From NCBI GenBank assembly GCA_030141605.1, contig JAQGDQ010000058.1, positions 157,852 through 221,851 of the forward strand: a DNA stretch of 64,000 nucleotides, in the 5' to 3' direction. Shown one piece after another: positions 23,081-35,000 of the stretch. Origin of the DNA: Tubiluchus corallicola (Eukaryota; Animalia; Priapulida). Each line of letters begins with the position of its first letter. Positions within the stretch are counted from its first letter, which is position 1. The position numbers were made by a program, and so were the translations under genes. The notes beneath the pieces were generated by a model. The model was given only the letters and a program-made list of their open reading frames with translations, was not told the DNA's origin and made no database searches.

Positions 23081-24573
23081 TAGGGATGTCAACGAATCTA
23101 AAATGGCCAGAATCCGAATCTCTGTTATAAAAGAGTTTTGATTCCGGATCGAATCTGAATCTCAGTTTAAATTTTCGAAACCAAATCGAATTCGAGTCTC
23201 AATTTTTCAGGTAGTTTTCTGAACCAAGTCTTTTTCAAATATGTGCAGTTTTCAACCATATTATATCAGATTGGTAAGACAGTAAATTAACTCTAACTTT
23301 AGACAGTAAAGTAAACAGCAGTTGTTTTTCACTATGATTACAGATGATTAGTTTGAGCAGCACATTTGACGTAAGACTATAGACGATCTAATTATTTTGT
23401 AACAGATTTTTTTGCTCCTGGTTACTGATAATTTTATATATGATCTGTTAGTAAAAAAATTCCTTTGGGTGCCTTTATCTACATTGCGTGAGTTCACGTA
23501 ATGTGGATGACAAAAAACCACATTCGTTTAAGCCACTTCGTGCGTTGTTAGCAAAAACACTTTCTTTTAAAGCATAAGAGAACCCTTCACTTACATAAAG
23601 GTTAAAAAATTTGTCTTAATTTTATAGCACTTTCTGTCTTTTTGCATACAGGGCTTGTGTCGCCAGTAATGCTGTATAAAACATACATGTAAATTTAAAC
23701 TCCCGCGATGATCGTTAGATGTAGCCATTTCGACGATAAGTCATTTAAAACAAGTTTAGCTAACACTGAGTAAAGTTTGAAAAAATAATCAAAGCATTCG
23801 TAGCGCACACGTCACTAACTAAGTAAAATTTTAGATTACTGTATCTTGTCAATAAGATTAAAAATGCGTTTTTTGGTTAGTGAGTGGTGCACTCTGGAGG
23901 TGTCAGCGACATTTCACCTATTGGTGAAAACAATTTAAATAATTAATAATTTTCTTTTCTAATTACATAGGTATTTCAAGCAGGTAAGCGAAATGCTAAA
24001 AAATATAACTTTACATGGAAAGTTTTTGGGAACATAATTTAACATTTCCTTTTCTTCCCCTGATTTACTTTGTGCGTATATGACGTCATGCAATGGCGCG
24101 GTCGGAACAGTAGTACAGGAGACTTTTAAATGAAAACAAACAGAAAATCCTTTCAATGCGAATGCGATATACAATAGAATTGCTATAAAGAAATATACCT
24201 TTTTAAGGCGATTTTTCTGAAATCTACTTCAGGTACTCTTTTCCTTGTCCTTTAAAGTAATGTGAGAAGTCTTGCGGTGTGTGATTTTGTAAGTTGGACA
24301 CACGCTGAAACTGAATATTAGCATGGTATATGCACGTTGGCATATTTTAAGTAGGGCAAAATTATCAGAAAAGACAACAATTTTAGGATTTGCCAAAAAA
24401 TACTTCTGATAAAGTGCTACCGAATCACCTCTACAGCCGAAGCTAAACCACATTTTTTTAAAAGTCCGACAAATCGGATTGGATCTGAGGTGATTCAGAA
24501 GTTCGGCAAACCGAATTGAAACTTCGATTTGGTTTCAAAGCTCCAGGTCTATCACAGTTTCATGACATCCCTA
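23081..24573. mobile_element. hAT-like non-autonomous element
   Basis: TIRs TAGGGATGTCA / TGACATCCCTA with subterminal GAATCC/GGATT repeats. No TSD match seen. Confidence 0.65.
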
Positions 24574-25710
24574 ATCTAATATAAGTTATACATAAATACA
24601 ATAGCGCTAAATACATTTTGTTAGTTTTCATGTCAAATAACTCGCATGTGCATGTTTTGTAAATAAACTATTATCAAGCCCAATGTAAAAATTATTCTTG
24701 TTGTGTTGCTTCACCGTGCTTCCATATCTGTCTTTACCAATGTTATCCATACTTAATGCAGATACAGTAATTTTGACTAAGTAATTTTTTTCATTCCTAC
24801 CAATTCCACCCACGTTTGGACTGTGTCATCTGCATTTGTAAGTATTATAACACTGTTCCGCCCCTATTTCTCCCTCATTTAAAACGTTAAGTAAAATTGA
24901 AAGATTTAAAATTAAAAAATGCCTTTGCCCAAGTTTGCCAAACTCTGGATAGAATAAAAGCAGCAATAACAGAAATCCTCATGTAGCACAAAATTATTGC
25001 AACAAGTAAGTTAACTTAGCAAAGACAAGAAGCTTAGCTTCTGCAAGAATAAGAAGCCTTCCACATCTCTCACTGATCATGCGTCCTTTGTAAAGTTTGT
25101 TGAAGTTTTGAATTTCTAAAACTTGAAATCTAATGTTTGAGAAGTTTGTAATAAAATTTAAAAGTATACTTGAGCATCATTAGACCATTTGTGAAAAGTT
25201 TGCCTTATAATAGTCACTAAATGCTTTCAAAATGTCCTTAATTGTGGGCAATCGGGGCTCCCCCGAGCCCCACTAGGGAGCTTACAGCACTCTTTCTGAC
25301 CCGCTAGTTATAACTTCATCGAGGGTTAGCAAACTACCCCATAGATGTCTCTCTTTCTTTTTTGTGGAAACCTTGTCATCTTTGTTTTTTTGTGTGTAAT
25401 CCATAATGCTGAACATGATCAGTTTGCTAAATCCATGTTCCAATTAAAATTGAATTAAAAAAATGACTTCTTGTTGTGTTGTCCATAAGGCAATCATTTT
25501 ACTTATGATTCTAAAGAATGTGTACTGTGCTGGTTAAAAGTCGCACAAAATCATTTATTGTAAAAACTAACTTGTTTGTCGTACCTTATTACGAAAATCG
25601 AAATTCTTATGTACATGTATATCATTCTGTTATTTTCGTATTTATACCTGTATATCCCTATACATATATTTTTCTAATTTTTAATAGCCAATACAGAATG
25701 ACAATACTAC

Positions 25711-28700
25711 ATGATGTTTGAAGGGAAACACATTCATTATTCGCCACAAGACAATAAGCCACTATGCTCGTATAGTTCGAAAATCTGCAAGCAGCGTCGA
25801 CTTAGCGGCTATGCGTTTTGCATTAGGCATATTTTGGAGGTATGCATTGCTTGGGTTTGGGTTTAATGTTTGGGTTTTATAAGAATACTTATTAACAGGA
25901 AATGGTTAAATTTGATTTTTTCGTGCAAAGTTAACCAGTGTAATATAAGTATTATCAGACATATAGTTTTAGCTTGATGGTCAAAATGAACTGCCAGATT
26001 ATAGGATAGAAATCCTTTAGACATGCCGTGCACACTATGTTGGTGATTTATTTTTATCACTTTTTTATATTTTTTCATTAATGAAACAGTATAAGTTTTA
26101 TTTAATATTGTTTTTACATTATTTCTGTAGTTTGAGGTAAAGCCTTCACGGTACATGTTGGCATGTGCTGCTGAATTTATATAAAAATGACACACTGTTA
26201 AGCTTTACAGTTGTGCTCGGTTGTTAAATGTTTGTAACGCAATTTATCTCCAGCAGCGTGACAGCAAACTTTTGAACTGTTTTTTAGGATAAATCGGCAC
26301 CATTTAAACAATGTATGCATGTTACACGATGTAACAAACAGAAATGCTCAAATCCCATACCACAGAAAGAAGTAAGAGAGTAAGTGTTACATTATTACAC
26401 TCTACTATTTTGTTTTTTTTTGTGTGTTTTTTTAATTGTGTGTGTCTTTGCATCTGTTTTTAAATGTTTTTTGCTATTTTATGCTTGCTTTGTTTGGGAC
26501 AACTTTTGTAGAAATATTTTAATTACAGAAAATTCAGCAAATATGTTGCAAGAGATCAAGCCTTGATTTTGTTTATATAAATTTGGGTCTATAATGGTAT
26601 ACAATATGCTTTTTATTTTAATGCAGGTATTGCAATTCTCACCTGCAAATGATGGGTATGGTACCTAAAAAAGATCGTAAGGTTAAGCCGGAAAAGGCAG
26701 CATCTCACTTGCAAGATGATCGCAAAATCGAATTCGCAGGTCGACTTTGTGCCATGCTTAGTGCCGGTAATAATCATGTGGTGAACAGTGATGAGCGGGG
26801 AAAACATCCAGTTGATCCTTATGAGTTTCCTAGTTTTGATGTGAAATCACCTACGCTTGAAGGCGTGCAGAGCATAGGAGAGCTTTTGCAGCAAAATATT
26901 TGCCGACCTTTCCGTACTCATCAAGAAAGTTTAGTTTCTTCAGTGCAGAGGCAGCCCTTCTCAGAATTGATGCAGCGGCTTGAAGCTAAAAGTAGAGCCA
27001 AATTGGACCGTAAGATACCCAGAGCTGCTTCGCCAACCAGCGGCAACATACCTAAGCAGACGGCGAACTGGAAAACGATGAATCGGTTACAGAGTAAAAT
27101 AGCTCAGAACAAGTTATTGGATAAACTGAGACGGCATAAAGATGAGCAAAGCAACATTAATGAAACTAGTCTGTGCTCGTCGGTAATAGACATGCCGTCC
27201 ATTGGTGACTCTGCCAAACCCACGTATGATTTGCATCCACAGAATTATTTCCCACATCATCAGTCATGGATGCCTGACAGTGAGGTTTTGCCATCTAGTC
27301 AAATTGCATTTAATGCATTTGGTGACAGTTTGGGACTTGATCTCAGTTCTGCAAACCTGGGCAAACTGTCAATGTCAGAATTGTGTAAATTGGGCCTTGG
27401 TGCAGCTGAACTTCAGAAGCTGACACAAGGAAAACTTAACTATGGTTTTCAAGATGCAGTTCCCGCTTTTGCGAATCAGCCAAAATGTAGCAGCGTTTCT
27501 AGTCGGATGGATGGTAGTCATGGAAATTTACATTCTTCGCTTTTGTTGCCACCACCGCCACCATATCCATCTCCAGATGTGAAACCACCGCCGCCATATG
27601 TAGAACCGTTGCCTCTAGCGGGTGAAATCAATCGTAAGTCAGCCAAATGTGACACGGGCTCTTTATCTGATCTCAAGACCCGGAACTGTGTTGTGAAGCA
27701 GGAATGCTTTGCTGATAGTCTGGGGAGTGTGTCTTATAGGCCGAAGCGAAAGAAAAAAGTGTGCCATTCACAGTATCGGTTTCAGAATCATCCCTTGCTT
27801 TATGACCTGTATCAGTTTCATAACAAGAAAAAAAATTCCAAAAAGATCTACTTGTCAACAAGTGAGTTATATCAATTTGTTGTTGATAATTTACTTTTTA
27901 TTTAAATACCTAAACTGGCTAAATATTCATGAATATTGTATGTTGAATTTGAGAAAGGCGGGCTTAATAACTTATAAAAAAATGTGTGGCATCCTATACT
28001 TGTACCTAGCCCTATATTTTTCCTTCTTTATGGAATTTTTGCAATGCTGCTATGCTTCGAAATGCATGGGGAAAATAGTAAATCAGTCGTGTGGTAGTCA
28101 ACGATTTTACTCAAAAATTAGTCGTATTACTATAGCTTGCTGTTCACTAATCTTTTGAAAATGACAGTTAGAAATAAATTTAAGGATCACATAAAGAGAT
28201 ATTAACCATTTGCACTATTAATAATGTATTATCAATGCTGAAAAGATCCTCTTTGTCGCTTTTTGTCCAAACTACTAAAGAGAAGTCGGTCTCAGAGTGT
28301 AGCATATATTAAAGAAAAATGCAGAAATTAGAAGATGTCCTTCATAATGCAATTGCAAAAACTGTGTTACTAAACATTTTTTAACTAAACACTTAAACAA
28401 AAAAATGTATTTTAGATTTTAGTGTTTAGAGATATAAAAATTTTGAAACTAAAGCTGAACTGAACACAAAAGAAGACATCATTTCCTTCAATGCAATTGG
28501 AAAAACTGTGTTACTAAGTCACTCGTATAATTAAATTTTGAGGATATTAAACTTCTCATGACAACCAAATTCTTTACGAAATCTTGCTGGAAATCTGGTC
28601 TTAACAGATGCAATACTTTAATGTCTTTAGTGGAAAATAAAGGAAAAAAGGTATATGTGACACCTGGAAAATTGTTGATGTTAATCCATAAAAGGCTCTA

Positions 28701-31700
28701 TTTTTAATTAATTGTTGAGGGTAAGGAACAAACAATTATATTTGTCTTAGAGATTTCTTTCCACTCCTCGCCAGATGCTTTGTCTATGGCCAATGTCTAG
28801 TATGTTTTTCTTGTGTCACTATATATGCCCCTGGACTTGCTCTTTGGCACTTGGTGTATTAGCTTGCTGGTGATGTTTTTTTTTTGACATAAATCGGGCA
28901 AAACTGGACTGCAACCGCTGAGCAGTGTCAAAGCCATTATTTTTTGTAAATACTGTTAAACCGACCACTTTATAGAGGCAAAAATACGAAATAAGCCAAA
29001 TAACAGACAAGATTGAATAAAAAGTGTGCGGCTAGTATAAAAATCTCAGCATTTTACACGTTGGATACAATTTCTAGGACAGCCACGCAGTAGTAAAGGC
29101 ACAGAATCTTATAAAATTGTTTAGGGATCATGGTTTATAATAATGTGTTAGTATGATTATATGCATAAATACTGACTTTTATTATCCCTTGACCTTCAAA
29201 ATGTAAGTACCTTGGTATACTTAGCAGTTTTTTTAGACCTTGTGTATCCATAAATTTTGCAATTTTTTTGAAACCTTGTGGCATTCACGTAAAGCACAAA
29301 ACTTCATGGAAAAAATGATTAAGAACATGCAGAATTTTTTACTGCCAGTGTCCCCATTTCCTGCAGGTAAAATTGCTAAATTTGCACCGTTTGACGGCTG
29401 TCGTAAACTTATAAAATGGTGGTTTTAGATAATGACACATTTTGAACCTTAACAACAACCATTTTTCCTATATTTCATAGCAACCACTGACTTTCCAATC
29501 ACTATTAAATTCTTGCTGCTGACCAAAATGTTTTCCCCATTCTAATTTGCCATTACACATTGTTTTCAGGCAGATCACAATTTTTGTCCATATAACCAAA
29601 TTGACTTCTAGACCGCTAGGAACGGATAATGAAATTCTCAACCGATTATGAGTGCAAAGGTTGAAATACAGTAGTTCTCCAATTTATTAGATTAAATAAG
29701 AAATTGCAGTGCTCAACTATTTAGCATATTTCTGCTGCCTTCTATAGAAAGCAAGTTGTTGAAGTTCCCTTATGATGTTAACATACAAAGCACGGGCTAT
29801 TGGGTAGATTCATGAAGTCAAACAAGCACTTGTAATTTAAGATTTCATAATAACATTGTTATTTGATAATAACAGCATAGAATTTAAATTAAAAAAAATA
29901 TTAAAACCTCATAAATAGAAAATTAATTATTAGACTTTGTGCTCAAAGGAAAGAGTTATACTTTTCATGTTAGCTGTTTCTACTTATTCTCCAATTTTAA
30001 AGAAAGACAGGCAGTTGTCCACTTGCAACTTGTGCAACTTATGACTGCTTGACTTTACGACCCAAGCGCAACTTGATTAAGTGTGCAAAAGGCATTAATT
30101 GTATAAACTAATTATTACTAATTCTTCCTATTTTTTAGCACACCCATTATAAATTGCTATCTCTTTCGATAAATTCATCCGCAGGCGCAGCCATACTTAT
30201 TGTGCATGCACATACAATGTCTTATGTGTATTAGCGCACAGCTTGCGTTGCTAGAACTTGGGTCAAATTTGTCTTACGGCCAGTCGGCTGGAAACAGTTG
30301 TAGTCGTAAATCAACTTCTACCTGTATTTAATTTGTGCAGTGTTCAAGGAATTTCATAAAAGCTTGAGGAGCAACCAGATTACTTTATTACTTGTATTTA
30401 ATATTTTTATGAATTTTATATATCATGTGGTCTGCATTGCATTCAATTAACATATTTTAATTACTAACATGTTTATTAATGACTACATATCAATTTCTTG
30501 TGAAAAAACCTTTTGGCTTTACCCAGTTTATATTGTAATTATTGTAGGTGCTGAATGTCAATTTATGTGTTTGTGTCTTGTTACTAGGAGTTGATTCTTC
30601 AGATGAGGATGAGGAAGTGCGGTATTTGCCATGGCAACGACATTGGTTTTTGCCTTCGGATGACGAGGAAGAGGAGTGGGTATTTTTACTCATTCTAATT
30701 ACTAATTTTTGTACATTTTTCGTTTTGTGTGTTATTCTCATAAGAGCTTGTTTATTTTTTGAATGAATTTAAGAGTTCAAAGAGTATTTAAAGAGTAAAA
30801 AAAGTTAATGACAAAGATGTTCTTAGTTAGGTTGTTGGCATGTGTGCTCTTAACGAATCATATTCGGTTTTCTGTAACGTTTCTTCTTCTTTCAGAGATG
30901 CGGAAGTAACTGCTTCAAGCCACCGGAAAAATTACTTGGAATTGATCGGGAAGCATCGGCTTCGTCAGCAGCGGCAAGTGCTGTCTTCTATGAAGCTCAG
31001 CAGATATGAACGTTGCATGCAACATTGTGAGCTGCAATCTCTTTTGAGTGCCACCCGAATGATTCCTCATAAGACAGGGTATGTGATTCGTGAACTTCAG
31101 GGAACTCTCCCCGTTCAGAAGAAGTGCAAAAAGTGAGTGACTCCTTTGTTCTTAAAATTACTAGATTTTACCTTTCTTTTTTCATTTTTCACGGATCAAA
31201 TATTTGGATCACTTAGCCCCTTTTTTATATTTATATATCAGTGTGGCACAATGATAATTCCAAACAAAAACTGTATAGTTCTTAAGCAGTACACACACTA
31301 CCTATCTATCCAACAATGACATTTGCATTAAATAGTCAGAATGTGAAATAGTTAATAACTAACATTTGCACTTTGTTACATGGCAATTTAGAGACATACA
31401 TGTAATACTGTAAGTGAAAGCTCTTGTTCTGTTCTTCACAAAACTACATTTGGTTTATAAATTAGATGAAAGTTTACATAGTTACGGCAATTTGAAGAAA
31501 ACCTTTTTTTTTAATTGTATAAGGAAGTCAATCAAGTTTTTCAAACTATTAAACTGCATTTCTATTGGTTTAAATATTAACAAAAATTTAGCATAATATA
31601 CTTTTCAAACATCAGTTAATAAGTTATACTAGCAGCAGCAGTGCTTCAGTGACGTGGAAATACAAATTATGAAATTATGTGTATAAAATACCAATTTTAA

Positions 31701-31972
31701 GCATTTTCAGTAATATTAACTAGGTAATTTTTTGTCTTAATACATATTTCAAAACATTTTTGGATATTTTTAAGTAAAAATAAAACCAAGTTATTCATGT
31801 TAGCAAACCTTTATCATCTTTTTCTAAATTAAACTGACTTTACTTTTACTAAATAAAGTTTAGGTTTTTTGATAAATCAAACGGCATATATATATAAGCC
31901 ATTTCTTTTGACATATTTAATGAAATCCAGCCTAGTGTAAGCAATTCTGCTTTTTTAACTAATAAATATTCA

Positions 31973-32003
<31 letters not shown>

Positions 32004-35000
32004 ATGTCCATATTCTCTCATAAAATACATGAGCAATGCTATATTTTTGTGCTTGAATATCAGCCAGGAAGCAGTTTGCACATCTGTAATGTACATTTAA
32101 GTCTGCACTGCTGTGTAATATTGCAAACTGTTAGTTTCACATTTTTTATTGTATAAGGACATTTAACAGCAGGACAAAAGTTATTAAATTTCATTGCTAA
32201 TTATAATTAATGCAGTATGATTAGTACGTAATGTTAAATTAATAAATTTTTTAAGTGAAATGAAACACTGATGTCCTAAATTTATTTTTGCCAATAAAAA
32301 TTACAGTGGGGGCATTCATTGTGCTTTGCCCTCATGCAAAACTCGATACCTACAGAAAAGGGTTTTGACTCTATGATTTTGCTCAATCATTTCTGTTATT
32401 GTGTATAGAGACTGTCTTTTTTGTGCACAAGAGATAAAAGCATATTGATTGTGAACAGACAAGTTTCCTAATTAGTGTTATGTATCTTGCCTAATAGCAT
32501 CATACTGTTGTTATCTCATGACCGCACTTTAGCTTTGAAGAATTAGCATTGTGGGGCTTGTTGTTTCAATGCTGAATTTTAGATTTGCTAAATAAGTTGT
32601 TTTAAATATTTCATCAATTCAATAGCCGTAAAATAGAAAAGATTGCTGTCAGCATTAGTCATTTGGCTTGCAGTTATGCTGTTAATAAAATATTGCTAGC
32701 TTCTCTGTTCTGATAGTTGTACTTAGAAAAGGAAGATTGATTAGAAAATTAGAAAATCTGTCGTAGATTTTAAACACAGTTTTTGTTTCTATTCATTATT
32801 GTTTGATAATACCCTATTCGTGTCTGGGTGTAAAACTGCCAGACTCTTTGAAAGAGTAATACATTCTGTTTAAAAATAAACGATATGATAGTTTTGATAA
32901 GGACCGATGTGCTTGTTGCTCCTTTGTCACCTTGTACTTATCAGTCATTAGATGAGCATAACTTCTGTCAAAAAGCATGTTCAGGAACATTGAAATCTTT
33001 TTTTTCAGGTGTAATCTTGGTCTTGACAAGAGACTTTGCTGTTATGAAAATGAAGAGGAGAAACAGCGGTGCAGAAATGTTGTGCTTCCGTACACTCGTC
33101 ATTGCATAAAACGTATCCTTTATTAAAATTGTACTTACTAGGTACGTTTTTTCATAAAAGGAGAACTGTGTTTGATTCGGTTATAGTATTTTAGTGTTAA
33201 TTTTGCCTAATACATCAGTAGTTAAATCGGTCTTATGACATTGATCTCAGTAGTAATGCCTAAAGTTGCATGATGCTTTTCCTGTTATGATTTTGTTTTA
33301 CTGAATACCCGAAAGTTTGCTTTTTTCAAAATGGACAGTAAAAACCAGATTTTGTCAGATTTTATATATAAAACCATTCAGGATCTATAGTGCTGTGCTG
33401 GTTTGTCTTTATGATTACGCTCATCAAGTGAGCCATTTGATCTTGGTGTCCAAGACTGCAATGCATAAGAATTCCTTTTTTATGTAAAAAATGTGTATTT
33501 TTTTATTTAACATAACGTGTTGTCAAATGAGCTGTCACTGAGCTTCCTAACTTACGTATAGCATGCCAACAGTTTGCAACAGTCTTACGGTGTCCTCTTT
33601 GCTATTTTATCCATGACTGTTAAAGTTCTTTATTGACAAAAATTTGCTGCTTATATGTAGTAAGCATCAACTCGTTCATGACACTGTGGTTAAACCAGCT
33701 TATACAACTGTCGTAATCAGTGATTGCATCATCAACAGATTAAATGCACAAGCTACTGTGTGTGTTGTCTGGCTAGCGTAGTGCAGGCTTTAACTTAATT
33801 CCAGGCATTGTGCATAATAGATTACAGTAAGTCCTCACTTAACGACACCCCACTTATCGACATTTCATTTCAACAACAATTTTGTAGTCGTGCTTTAACA
33901 CTGAATCTTGTTTACTACGCTTACACTATATAAGTGAAGCTTACTTCTTAATCCAGTTCACCAGTGTTGTTGTTACACCGGTAACAATTTGCCCAACTAA
34001 ACTGATAACAGGCGGTTAGTTTTCTTGTTTACCTCCAATTTATGCTGTAGTTTATAAAACGTTGGCTGTGGCAAAGCTGTGGCAAAGATAACACTAAAAA
34101 TGACATATAAGCAGCAACTCTAACGTAAGATGGAACGTAGGTAAACACGATGCACTGTGACAATCAGATGCCAGCTGAAAAAAAGAAAAAATCTAAGCAA
34201 CGAACCTAAGGGGAAAGAAAGGGAGGAAAATGGCGCTGAAGAAGAGCAACCAGGGGAGGAAGGGCCGATGCCTTAAAATTAGATTTTAGTTTTCACACTT
34301 GAACACTCATTATCTTTTTAACTAAACATATGTGTAATGTATGACTGTAAGCGATAAGCCCTGTAAAGCGTTTAACTTATGAGCCAAGCATCATTGATTT
34401 TTCTCCTGTGAACAACTGTGCGCTTTTACGTTTTTTCTTATAGAAAACATTGTTGCGTTTAGTGACGATTCATTTAACGGCGCTTTTTTGCAGGAATGCC
34501 TTAGCGTTGTTAAGCGAGGACTTGCTGTACGTAGCAGTGGATGAGTCTAGCATATATGGGAAAATCTGCTGGACTGCTGAGCTGCCTAGGGTTAATGTGT
34601 TAGATAACCAAACATGTGCAGTGCATAGTTTTTAAATTTATTTCAGAAATGAAAATTAATTATTATTTAACTAATTATTGCAGAACAATCTGAACATTCC
34701 ATTATGAGAACACATCTCTAAGTGTTTATTAACGTGATGACACATTCTAGTGCATTTTGGTTATGTTTCGAATAATAGTAGTGTTTTAGGCATAATTCAA
34801 CTTTATGACTACTATGTCACTACCAGAAATCTTTACAATAAATTAAACTAGTACCAAACGTCGAATGCTGGAAAACTCTTCAAAAACTGAAACCCACTAC
34901 GTTAACTGCTGCATTCTGACGTAAGCCTGCAGTTACGAAAGTTTTTCTGTATTTTGGAATCGTTTTCCTTAGTTTTGTTTTAGATATAATGTATAATGTG

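Noticed and set aside
26649-27905. 418-aa ORF as a standalone gene starting at 26649
   Set aside because: It is internal exon 3 of INO80D. The conserved N-terminus is encoded at 25711-25839 and 26288-26379.
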